64,000 nt of DNA from the IMG/VR virus record IMGVR_UViG_3300027741_000030, positions 32,001 through 96,000 of that record. One strand, 5' to 3'. The stretch's first letter is position 1. Each line of letters starts with the position of its first letter. Both the position numbers and the translations under genes were made by a program. Under the pieces are notes generated by a model. The model worked only from the letters and a program-made list of their open reading frames with translations, had not been told where the DNA came from and made no database searches. The stretch is from a virus. Shown here piece after piece: positions 1 through 8,215 of the stretch.

Positions 1-489
1 ATATTAAATGAAAAAATAAATCAAATTACTTTATTTAGAAATCCATATGATTCAGTATTGTCTTCTTTAGAAAGACATTTTCAAGATTTGCATCCAGACT
101 TAAAACCCTTTGATTTAAATAATCAAGACGAAGTAAAAAATAATGTAAAACAATATGTTAGATTGTATAATATATATTTAGACGATTATCAAAAAGACTA
201 TATCTATCCTGTAACTTATGAGCATTTAAGAAACAACCCAATGATATTTGTAAAATCTATTGCAAATTTTTTTGATTTAAAAATAATTAATGAAGATATT
301 AATGAAGATAAAATTGTAAAAAAAATAATTAATACTCAAAATTTTTTTGAACATAGAAAAAAAAGATTAGCGCCAGTAAAAGAAAGAGAAGCTTTAATAA
401 AAATTTTAAAATTAGATAATTCTTTAAAGCAACTTTATGAAAGATATTGTCAACATAAAGAAATTTTGCAAAATGTCCATAACAATTAA
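1..489 (+). CDS. Sulfotransferase-like P-loop protein (5' truncated)
   Basis: Frame is open from base 1 (ILNEKINQITLFRNPYDSVLS); RNPYD..S resembles the 3'-PB PAPS-binding motif; later YEHL..NP; paralogous to the next ORF. Confidence 0.6.
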   Translation: MLNEKINQITLFRNPYDSVLSSLERHFQDLHPDLKPFDLNNQDEVKNNVKQYVRLYNIYLDDYQKDYIYPVTYEHLRNNPMIFVKSIANFFDLKIINEDINEDKIVKKIINTQNFFEHRKKRLAPVKEREALIKILKLDNSLKQLYERYCQHKEILQNVHNN

Positions 490-1081
490 TTCCCCAGAAG
501 GATCTGGAAATATTTTTGCAAAAACAGCTTTGCTTGATATAGATTGTCCAACAAATGTTATACATAACTATGAGCTTTTGAATTCAGGAGGAAATAATAT
601 TTTTATATTAAGGAATCCATATGATTGCATATTATCAGCAATTGAGTTACCATTTTTAGGCAATAAATATTTATCAAGACAATTTAATATAGATGATAAT
701 AAAACAGATCAAGAAATAAATAGACATATTGAACAATATTTAAATTATTTAAAGAATTATAAAAATAAAAAAGTTTATGCAGTAACATTTGAATTTTTAA
801 CTAACAACCCTAAACAATTTGTAGAAAATGTTACATCAAGGTTTAACAGAAAAATTGATAAAAATAAACTTGATCTTATTTCAGAAGAATCTGTTATAAA
901 AAAGTTAATAGAAAAAAATCCACATAGAGCTCCATTTAGAGATGACAACCCAAGACAAAAAATATCTATTAGAGAAGAAATAAAAACATTTTTAAATGAA
1001 GACAAAAGAATGAAAGATTTGTACCCTATTTATCTACAACATAAGAATATATTGCAGTCAACTAAAAATATGGTACAATAG
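473..1081 (+). CDS. Sulfotransferase-like P-loop protein
   Basis: Likely start MSITINSPEGSGNIF (5'-PSB-like loop); ILRNPYDCILS; FEFL..NP. Confidence 0.6.
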   Translation: MSITINSPEGSGNIFAKTALLDIDCPTNVIHNYELLNSGGNNIFILRNPYDCILSAIELPFLGNKYLSRQFNIDDNKTDQEINRHIEQYLNYLKNYKNKKVYAVTFEFLTNNPKQFVENVTSRFNRKIDKNKLDLISEESVIKKLIEKNPHRAPFRDDNPRQKISIREEIKTFLNEDKRMKDLYPIYLQHKNILQSTKNMVQ

Positions 1082-1085
1082 ATTT

Positions 1086-1205
1086 ATGAAATGTGACTTT
1101 TGCGAAAATCCAAAATATGTAGAGCGTATTAACGCTAAAGGCATACTTGAAAGTTTTTGCACCAATTGCATAGAAAAATTAGTGGCGGGAAACCGAATAC
1201 GCTAG
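1086..1205 (+). CDS. 39-aa CxxC...CxxC zinc-binding microprotein (leaderless)
   Basis: MKCDFCENPKYVERINAKGILESFCTNCIEKLVAGNRIR; TGGTACAAT ends 6 nt before ATG. Confidence 0.6.
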   Translation: MKCDFCENPKYVERINAKGILESFCTNCIEKLVAGNRIR

Positions 1206-1211
1206 TCCCAA

Positions 1212-1286
1212 GGGGATATAGCTTAATCTGGTTAAAGCACTTGTCTTATATACAATAGATTCTGGGTTCAAATCCCAGTATCCCTA
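1212..1286 (+). tRNA. tRNA-Ile, anticodon UAU
   Basis: Cloverleaf: acceptor GGGGATA/TATCCCT, D stem GCTT/AAGC, anticodon arm CTTGT-CTTATAT-ACAAT (TAT at 1247-1249), T arm CTGGG-TTCAAAT-CCCAG, discriminator A; CCA not fully encoded. Confidence 0.9.
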
Positions 1287-1300
1287 CAATGGAGTAGAAT

Positions 1301-1408
1301 ATGAATAACAACGTAATAGTACCTGATGAATGGCCAAGACATAAAAAAATTAAATTTTTGGGCATAACATTAGTTGCTATAATTTTAATATTAGTAATTT
1401 CAATTTAG
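1301..1408 (+). CDS. 35-aa single-pass membrane microprotein
   Basis: MNNNVIVPDEWPRHKKIKFLGITLVAIILILVISI; GGAG SD upstream. Confidence 0.5.
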   Translation: MNNNVIVPDEWPRHKKIKFLGITLVAIILILVISI

Positions 1409-1415
1409 GAGTTAT

Positions 1416-1493
1416 ATGAATTGGCTTCAAGCATCAATAATATTTGTACCAATGATAATTGCTATCATTGCATACCTAACTGGTAATATATAA
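1416..1493 (+). CDS. 25-aa hydrophobic microprotein
   Basis: MNWLQASIIFVPMIIAIIAYLTGNI; AGGAG SD upstream. Confidence 0.5.
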   Translation: MNWLQASIIFVPMIIAIIAYLTGNI

Positions 1494-1513
1494 AGCAGTT
1501 GACTAGGATATAT

Positions 1514-1657
1514 ATGAAGAAGATATGGGCATTAGTAAGTACAATTGCGATAGCAATCCTTTCAGGAGTTGCCTTGTCTAAATTTTTAAATTGGGCGGGA
1601 CAAAAAGAAATCTTTGATTTCGACCTAGATGAAGATATAGATAATGAAGACTTCTAA
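1514..1657 (+). CDS. 47-aa membrane microprotein with acidic tail
   Basis: MKKIWALVSTIAIAILSGVALSKFLNWAGQKEIFDFDLDEDIDNEDF; AGGA SD. Confidence 0.55.
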   Translation: MKKIWALVSTIAIAILSGVALSKFLNWAGQKEIFDFDLDEDIDNEDF

Positions 1658-1736
1658 ACTATATAGGTCAATACTCTGGCTATCTTGGATCCTTATTGGT
1701 CTATATACAATAGGGACATTATGGATAATAAAGTAA
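1644..1736 (+). CDS. 30-aa Trp-rich hydrophobic microprotein
   Basis: MKTSKLYRSILWLSWILIGLYTIGTLWIIK; overlaps both neighbours, no clear SD. Confidence 0.35.
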   Translation: MKTSKLYRSILWLSWILIGLYTIGTLWIIK

Positions 1737-1996
1737 ATAAGGACGAATCGGACAAACTAGCGAAATATTTAGCCGATGTAAGATATAGAGAAAATAATTA
1801 TTTTGAAGCTAACAATTTGATGGCTAGGTCTTCGCTAGAATGGGTCATAGAAGTCCTACAAGGGCGTTTAGCCAAATGTTTGAATGCAGAGTCAGGTATA
1901 TGTGACATATGGTACATAGAAAGCCATTCTGAATGTTTATTGTTAATGGATCTATTGTACCAATTTAGTCAAGATGAGAAATATAATGTTAAATAG
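1721..1996 (+). CDS. Hypothetical protein (Cys/His cluster)
   Basis: ORF track 1685..1996; likelier start MDNKVNK at 1721; C..C..H..C pattern. Confidence 0.55.
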   Translation: MDNKVNKDESDKLAKYLADVRYRENNYFEANNLMARSSLEWVIEVLQGRLAKCLNAESGICDIWYIESHSECLLLMDLLYQFSQDEKYNVK

Positions 1997-2077
1997 GTTC
2001 TTCTATCGCCGCCGCACTTCAATTTTTTCACTTTCGCACTATTTGTCCAATATATACATGAATGGTAGAATTTAATA

Positions 2078-3574
2078 ATGAGTAAACCAAATATTGTTAT
2101 TGTAGGTGGCGGCACTGCAGGCTGGCTATCTGCCCTATTTGCTCACAAGAGATATCCAGAAGCCAACGTAACCGTAATAGAAAGCACCGAAATTGGAATC
2201 ATAGGTGCGGGCGAGGGAACAGTTCCAATGCTCCTTACCCTTTTTCAAGACTTAGGTATTAGTTTAAAAGATTTAATTGCAAATACAAAATCTACTATCA
2301 AGAATGGTATAAAGTTTACTAACTGGTCAGAAGATGGTGGAAGCTATTTCCATGGGTTTACTTTTTATCCTGAAACTCTTGAAGATCTTAAAGCTATTGA
2401 TTTTGAAGATAAAGATTTTCCAAACTCAAGGCTATTTGCTTATGGCAAAAAAATAAATGATAAAGACTTTTGTTTTTTTACAATGATATCTGATCAAAAC
2501 AAAATTCCATATACAGAAAAAGAAGGTAGCTACAAAAAGCATGGATCCCATGCCTTACATTTTGACGCAAGAGTGTTGGCTAAATTTCTAAAAGAAAAAA
2601 GCTTAGAAAGAGGAATCATTCATATTGATTCTAAAGTTGTTGATTCAGAAATATCAGAAAATAGCGTAGTATCAGTTACCCTAGAAGATACAACAACTAT
2701 AAATACCGATTTTGTAGTAGATGCCACAGGATTTGCAAGGTACTTTATTGGAAATTCTTTGGGTGGAAAGTGGATAAGTTATTCAGACAATTTACCAGCA
2801 GATTCCGCACAAGCATTCTTTTTAAATATTGAAAACAAAGAAGAAATAGAGCCATATACAGAATCTACCGCAAGAGATTACGGTTGGGTTTGGAAAATTC
2901 CACTTCAGCACAGGTATGGGTGTGGCTACGTATATGATTCAAGGCTGGTATCTAATGAAGATATAAGAAAAGAAATTGTTGAAAAGTATGGAGATGTTGA
3001 ATTTATAAAGCAGTTTAAATTTGAACCTGGAGCTTTTGAAGATATCTGGATTGGCAACTGCATTGCCGTTGGTCTGTCAGCAGGATTTGTAGAGCCACTA
3101 GAAGCTACATCATTGCAACAAACTGCAACAACATTAAACAGAGTGTTTCATGAAGACGTAGAGGCACTAACGCCTGGCAATTACAGAGAGCATATAAATA
3201 AAAAATGCTTTAAGGATTCCGAAGCTATAAAAGATTTTATATACCTACACTATATGACAAATAAGACAAACAATGAGTTTTGGAAAAACTTTACATTAAA
3301 TAATAAAATGCCAGATTCTTTAAAAGAAACGTATAAAAAAATTATTAATATTGATGAAATAAAAATCTATGATCTTTTATGGCCAGAGTACAGCTATTAT
3401 ATTGTTGCTAAAGGCAATGGAATAATGAATGAAAATAATTTATCTAATTTTGCAACAAAATACGAAAAATTTAATCAAGAAATACAAGAAAATTTTGAAG
3501 TAGAAAAGGCTTTGTCTAAAAAATCTATAAAGCATTATGACTTTTTAAAATTAAACGGAGGCTTCAATGAGTAA
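2078..3574 (+). CDS. Flavin-dependent halogenase (tryptophan halogenase/PrnA family)
   Basis: GGGTAGW FAD motif, IGAGEGT, catalytic-Lys context IKNGIKF, WVWKIP (WxWxIP), GFVEPLEATS. Confidence 0.9.
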   Translation: MSKPNIVIVGGGTAGWLSALFAHKRYPEANVTVIESTEIGIIGAGEGTVPMLLTLFQDLGISLKDLIANTKSTIKNGIKFTNWSEDGGSYFHGFTFYPETLEDLKAIDFEDKDFPNSRLFAYGKKINDKDFCFFTMISDQNKIPYTEKEGSYKKHGSHALHFDARVLAKFLKEKSLERGIIHIDSKVVDSEISENSVVSVTLEDTTTINTDFVVDATGFARYFIGNSLGGKWISYSDNLPADSAQAFFLNIENKEEIEPYTESTARDYGWVWKIPLQHRYGCGYVYDSRLVSNEDIRKEIVEKYGDVEFIKQFKFEPGAFEDIWIGNCIAVGLSAGFVEPLEATSLQQTATTLNRVFHEDVEALTPGNYREHINKKCFKDSEAIKDFIYLHYMTNKTNNEFWKNFTLNNKMPDSLKETYKKIINIDEIKIYDLLWPEYSYYIVAKGNGIMNENNLSNFATKYEKFNQEIQENFEVEKALSKKSIKHYDFLKLNGGFNE

Positions 3575-3845
3575 TATAAAATATGTTTTATCGCAGATGA
3601 GACACAGGGGCTATTGGAATAAAATTAATACTATAGAGTTTATATCATTTATGACTAAGGTTACTATTATTGTTCCAGGACTTCTTTTTGGTATGCAATG
3701 GTGGTGGCTTTATATTTTTGCATTAGTATCTAGCATGTCTTTAATATGGACATCAACAAGAAAGACTTTACCAACAATTATTATATTTAATGTAATTTGG
3801 TGTTGTTTAGCTGTTACGGCGATTCTTAAACATTTTATCTTTTAA
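3567..3845 (+). CDS. Small multi-pass membrane protein
   Basis: 92 aa with about three hydrophobic segments; overlaps halogenase stop. Confidence 0.7.
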   Translation: MSNIKYVLSQMRHRGYWNKINTIEFISFMTKVTIIVPGLLFGMQWWWLYIFALVSSMSLIWTSTRKTLPTIIIFNVIWCCLAVTAILKHFIF

Positions 3846-3962
3846 TTTGTTATAAAAATAATTTATTTTTTGTTCCATTTTTCCGCCAGGCGTTTCATTT
3901 TTATAATAATTTGTTTGAAAATATGGAGAAAAAAACATTTTTGAAAAATGATCTCTTGGCAT
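3807..3962 (-). CDS. 51-aa hypothetical protein
   Basis: MPRDHFSKMFFSPYFQTNYYKNETPGGKMEQ...; TAATG-coupled to the oxygenase stop; below ORF-track cutoff. Confidence 0.4.
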   Translation of the reverse strand: MPRDHFSKMFFSPYFQTNYYKNETPGGKMEQKINYFYNKLKDKMFKNRRNS

Positions 3963-4807
3963 TAGTGTTCTTTAAACTCCGACATAAATTTTTCAGCAAG
4001 ATCTACGCCTTCTAAACCAGATTGCTGCATCTCTGCTATGCGCTCTGGAGTAAACATAGGGTTTATTTTTAAAGGCTTAATCCAAATATCAATTTCTTCT
4101 TCAGTGCGATTACCAATTTGTTTGTAGTACTCTTCTGTTTTGTAATTATAGAAAGTTCCTGGGTTATCTTCAGCTTTTAAAGAAAAATTAGAAAAAGCAA
4201 ATCTAATACCAGACTCGACTTCTCTAACACCGTGACTGTATGGATCAAATGCACTGTGTATGATTAAATCTCCTCTTTCAGGTTGGTATTCAAAACAACC
4301 TTCAAATTTACCAGTTTCTGATTTTAAATTTCCATCTACATCCACATCGGGATAGTAAATTGCTCCTCCAGTAAAATGCCCAAAATATGCAACAAGACCG
4401 TAATCTATTAGACAGCATGTTGCGTACTTATCATCTTGAGAAAGTCTGTGGCATTGTCCTTTTCCAGGACTATCTGAGTGGCAAAACATTCCGCCATCTC
4501 CAGGTCTAACATTTAATATTGATTGAGATGGATGTATCACATAGTGTGGGTATAATATTTCACTTACAAGCTCCCAAAATTCTAAAAGACGTGTAGGTCT
4601 AGGAGAAACCTTATCTACATACCAGCTTATTAAACTCTTGTCGTATTTATTTTTATCTCTGTCGTCTTTTTCTAAAAGTTCTTTTTCAAGATCAAGCATA
4701 AGATCTTCAGGTATAAAGTTTTTAAACAGAAATATGCCGCTAGGTGTGCCATATGCATCCACGTAACTCGATAATTTTATACAATCTGGTCGGTCATAGA
4801 AATACAT
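3962..4807 (-). CDS. 2OG-Fe(II) oxygenase (prolyl 4-hydroxylase-like)
   Basis: HSD...GGAIYYP...P.RGDLIIH...HGVREVESGIRF; likely start MYFYDRP with GGGGG SD and TGATACAAT promoter. Confidence 0.8.
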   Translation of the reverse strand: MYFYDRPDCIKLSSYVDAYGTPSGIFLFKNFIPEDLMLDLEKELLEKDDRDKNKYDKSLISWYVDKVSPRPTRLLEFWELVSEILYPHYVIHPSQSILNVRPGDGGMFCHSDSPGKGQCHRLSQDDKYATCCLIDYGLVAYFGHFTGGAIYYPDVDVDGNLKSETGKFEGCFEYQPERGDLIIHSAFDPYSHGVREVESGIRFAFSNFSLKAEDNPGTFYNYKTEEYYKQIGNRTEEEIDIWIKPLKINPMFTPERIAEMQQSGLEGVDLAEKFMSEFKEH

Positions 4808-4855
4808 TTTTTTCCCCCATTGCAATATCCTTAATTGTATCACGAAATTAATATT

Positions 4856-4890
4856 AAAAACCCCTAGCTGGAGGCGGATCCAACTAGGGG
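4856..4890 (-). terminator. Intrinsic terminator
   Basis: CCCCTAGTTGGA-TCCGCC-TCCAGCTAGGGG followed by TTTTT on the minus strand. Confidence 0.85.
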
Positions 4891-4917
4891 TATACAGGGA
4901 GCATAACTCAACCTGAA
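4856..4917 (-). ncRNA. Candidate ~60-nt two-hairpin small RNA
   Basis: Own TTGACT-N17-TATACT promoter; hairpin CAGG-TT-GAG-TTATG-CTC-CCTG; then intrinsic terminator; no usable ORF. Confidence 0.55.
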
Positions 4918-4922
4918 TTTAA

Positions 4923-4951
4923 AGTATATTATATCTTTTAGGTAAAGTCAA
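4923..4951 (-). promoter_or_regulatory. Sigma70/SigA-type promoter
   Basis: TTGACT-N17-TATACT on the minus strand. Confidence 0.75.
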
Positions 4952-5220
4952 TTATTTTCTTCAGAAGGTTTGAATGAAGGAACAGGCCCTAATAGATATC
5001 CTTCTTCGTGATACTTAATCATTTTTTCAGTATCTTCATTTCCAACAATTTTATTAGAAATTAAAGAAAGCAAGTCATAAATCCTATGTAGCATTATGTA
5101 TGTAACCATAGGCAGGTTGTCCTCTAAGTCAGAGGACTCATTTTTATTCTGGTCTTCCTGCATCTTGCCAAAAAATTTCTCTACCCATTGCATCAGTTTC
5201 TTTAATTTGAACTGATTCAT
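4948..5220 (-). CDS. Hypothetical protein
   Basis: ORF in minus-strand operon; start uncertain. Confidence 0.6.
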   Translation of the reverse strand: MNQFKLKKLMQWVEKFFGKMQEDQNKNESSDLEDNLPMVTYIMLHRIYDLLSLISNKIVGNEDTEKMIKYHEEGYLLGPVPSFKPSEENN

Positions 5221-5246
5221 TTTCTATTTTGCAAATACAATTTCCA

Positions 5247-5462
5247 TTACACATTTATATTCTCCTCAACACTTTTTACTATTTTATCATATGTTGATTT
5301 TCCAATATTATTTTTATATTCACAGTCTAAACAATATAAATAAATATTTTCTTCTAAATCTTGATTACAAAAAAGAATGGATTGGTCTACTGGGCATAAA
5401 AGCTTTTCAACCAATCCTTCTTCTGACATGGAGATGTAAGTTGATACGTATTGTATCTTCAT
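5247..5462 (-). CDS. Zinc-ribbon-like small protein
   Basis: CPVD...CLDC; AAGGAG SD. Confidence 0.7.
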   Translation of the reverse strand: MKIQYVSTYISMSEEGLVEKLLCPVDQSILFCNQDLEENIYLYCLDCEYKNNIGKSTYDKIVKSVEENINV

Positions 5463-5472
5463 CCCATCTCCT

Positions 5473-6018
5473 TTACTTTGTCGGAAATTTTAAATAAAAT
5501 TCCTTAGCTTTTGGGGTCATACCCTTCCAGCTTGACCAATCATTGCCGCCATTGGTCATATGATACGTTATCTCTGCGTTTGTTACTGGGTTGAATAACT
5601 CTTTGTTACTCTGTAGATCAAATTTCTCAAGTCTTTCAGGACCAAGATTTCCAATCATATTTATCTGAAATAATCCGTAAGAACTATCTCCTGTGTGCTT
5701 ATTCCCGTTATATGCAAGCGGTCTTCCATTAGATTCACGCTTTGCTATTGACCAAGCTTTTTTAAGGCCTGTTCCTTCGAATCCTACAGTTTCAAGTAAT
5801 TGTTTTAACTCTTCATCTGTAAGCATCTCAGACGAACTGTAACTTGCATTACTGAACTTGTCTAAGACTTCTTGCTTTAATTGGGCTTCAGTTTTCACTA
5901 AAGGTTTTACAGTTACAGCGTTTGCAGTATTTCCAAACAAAAATAACATTGTTACTGTTATTATTGTCCAGTCACGAACTAAATCGCTAAACTGTTGTTT
6001 TATATTCTCCATTGGCAT
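5473..6018 (-). CDS. Secreted lysozyme-like lytic transglycosylase
   Basis: N-terminal hydrophobic signal ending TANA; IAKRESNG (catalytic Glu), YGLFQIN, NPVTNA, WSSW; AGGAGG SD and TTGACA...TGCTATTCT promoter. Confidence 0.85.
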   Translation of the reverse strand: MPMENIKQQFSDLVRDWTIITVTMLFLFGNTANAVTVKPLVKTEAQLKQEVLDKFSNASYSSSEMLTDEELKQLLETVGFEGTGLKKAWSIAKRESNGRPLAYNGNKHTGDSSYGLFQINMIGNLGPERLEKFDLQSNKELFNPVTNAEITYHMTNGGNDWSSWKGMTPKAKEFYLKFPTK

Positions 6019-6214
6019 TTCCTCCTATAGAGATAACGAACTCTAAGAATAGCATTGATTATAAAGAACTGTCAAGTTAGTTGACTGAAATACCATCTTA
6101 TATAATGAGATATTAAAAAATATTTTTAACCCCTAGACCACTAAATAAAAGTTTGATACACTTAGAACTTCATAAATAAATTACACCGCAAGGCGGAGAA
6201 AAGGTTGTATATAA

Positions 6215-8149
6215 ATGTCTAAAACTATTGCAAACCCGTACGAAAATTTCATTGCGTTATCCAGATATGCAAGATGGATATCAGAAGATAATCGCCGTGA
6301 GACTTGGGGTGAGACAGTAGATAGATATTTTAGCTTTATGCTAAACCATCTAAAAGAAAATTATAATTATATTCCAGATGAGAAGCTTGTTGCGGAATTA
6401 AAAAACGGTGTATTTGAAAGAAACGTCATGCCATCAATGCGCTCTGTAATGACTTCAGGAGTAGCATTAGAAAGAGATAATGTAGCAGGATACAACTGTG
6501 CTTTCCTACCAGTTGATTCACCACGTTCATTTGATGAGACAATGTATATTCTTATGTGCGGTACAGGTGTAGGATTCTCTGTTGAGTATAAGTATATTAA
6601 TAAACTTCCTGCCGTCCCAGAATCGCTAGAGAAGTCAACTACAGTAATTACAGTAGAAGACTCAAAGCAAGGTTGGGCTAAAGCATACCGTGAGTTGCTA
6701 GCACTACTATGGTCTGGACAGATTCCAGCAATTGATGTTTCTAAGGTAAGACCAGCAGGTGCAAGACTTAAGACAATGGGTGGAAGATCATCAGGTCCAC
6801 AACCACTTATTAATCTATTTGATTTTACAATTGCAAAGTTCAAGAGCGCTACAGGAAGAAACCTAAAGCCAATTGAATGCCACGATATCATGTGCAAGAT
6901 TGGTGAAGTAGTTGTTGTAGGCGGAGTTCGTCGCTCAGCAATGATTTCCCTTTCTAACATTAACGATATTGAGATGGCACAGGCTAAGTCAGGTAACTGG
7001 TGGGAAGCCAATACACAACGTGCTTTGTCTAATAACTCTGTTGCGTACTCACGCAAGCCAGACATGGAGCAATTTATTGCAGAATGGAAATCTTTATATG
7101 ATTCAAAGTCAGGAGAACGAGGCATATACAATGTGGCCGCAGCTCAAGCCCAAGCAGCCAAGTATGGAAGAAGAGATCCAGATATACACTATGGAACTAA
7201 CCCGTGCTCAGAGATTATCCTACGTCCTTATCAGTTTTGTAACCTTTCAGAAGTCGTACTACGTGAGAATGATACAAAGAAAGAAATTGAACGCAAAGTT
7301 GAACTTGCAGCTATCCTTGGAACGTGGCAGTCAACGCTTACAGACTTTAAATATCTTCGCAAGATCTGGAAAGACAATACAGAAGAAGAGCGCCTATTAG
7401 GTGTTTCTTTAACTGGACAATTCGGACACAAGTTTATGTCAGGTAAAGAAGACCTTGTTTCACTAGAAGCTTTCTTGATGACTCTTAGAGAATCAGCAAG
7501 AGCAAAGAATAAAGATGAGGCTGGGAAAATTGGGATTCCTGAGTCTGCCGCTATTACATGCGTAAAGCCATCAGGAACAGTATCTCAATTGGTCGGGGTA
7601 TCTTCAGGAATGCATGCTTGGCATTCTCCATATTACATTCGCACAGTTCGTGGGGCAAAGGGAGATCCAATCTCTACATTTTTGAAGGAAGTCGGAATTC
7701 CAGTAGAAGATGATGTCATGAAGCCAAACGATACATACGTATTCTCATTCCCAATTAAAGCACCACAGGGTGCAATTGTTAGAAATGATCTAACCGCTAT
7801 TGAACACTTAAACATTTGGTTGGTTTATCAACGTGCATGGTGTGAGCATAAGCCATCAATTACAGTTTCTGTAAAGGAAGATGAATGGATGGAAGTTGGT
7901 GCATGGGTATATAAGCATTTCGACGAAGTCTCTGGAATTTCATTTTTACCGCATTCAGATCATACTTATAAGCAGGCTCCTTACCAAGAAGTAACAAAAG
8001 AAGAATATGAGTCGCTTCTTGCAAAGATGCCAGAAAATATTAGATGGGAAGATTTATCTTTCTATGAGACAGAAGATGGAACGTCTACAAATGCCACTCT
8101 TGCATGCAGCTCAGATGGAAATTGTGAGCTTGTAGATATTTCAGCATAG
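6215..8149 (+). CDS. nrdJ: Class II (adenosylcobalamin-dependent) ribonucleotide reductase
   Basis: YNCAF, GTGVGFS, GGVRRSA, TNPCSE, CVKPSGTVS, HKPSIT, C-terminal CSSDGNC; no beta-subunit gene nearby. Confidence 0.93.
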   Translation: MSKTIANPYENFIALSRYARWISEDNRRETWGETVDRYFSFMLNHLKENYNYIPDEKLVAELKNGVFERNVMPSMRSVMTSGVALERDNVAGYNCAFLPVDSPRSFDETMYILMCGTGVGFSVEYKYINKLPAVPESLEKSTTVITVEDSKQGWAKAYRELLALLWSGQIPAIDVSKVRPAGARLKTMGGRSSGPQPLINLFDFTIAKFKSATGRNLKPIECHDIMCKIGEVVVVGGVRRSAMISLSNINDIEMAQAKSGNWWEANTQRALSNNSVAYSRKPDMEQFIAEWKSLYDSKSGERGIYNVAAAQAQAAKYGRRDPDIHYGTNPCSEIILRPYQFCNLSEVVLRENDTKKEIERKVELAAILGTWQSTLTDFKYLRKIWKDNTEEERLLGVSLTGQFGHKFMSGKEDLVSLEAFLMTLRESARAKNKDEAGKIGIPESAAITCVKPSGTVSQLVGVSSGMHAWHSPYYIRTVRGAKGDPISTFLKEVGIPVEDDVMKPNDTYVFSFPIKAPQGAIVRNDLTAIEHLNIWLVYQRAWCEHKPSITVSVKEDEWMEVGAWVYKHFDEVSGISFLPHSDHTYKQAPYQEVTKEEYESLLAKMPENIRWEDLSFYETEDGTSTNATLACSSDGNCELVDISA

Positions 8150-8215
8150 TGGTAGAATTATAGTATTCGGGAAACCGAAAATTCATGGGCATCCCGCCCA
8201 CGAGGAGATGACAAA

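Noticed and set aside
6020-6214. Cobalamin riboswitch or NrdR box upstream of nrdJ
   Set aside because: Leader too short and lacks a B12 box; best NrdR-like stretch (CCACTAAATAAAAGTT) is a weak match in AT-rich DNA
6367-7815. Long antisense/alternate-frame ORFs in nrdJ (and similar ones in fibre, capsid and TMP genes)
   Set aside because: Shadows of codon bias with no SD, promoter or recognisable motifs
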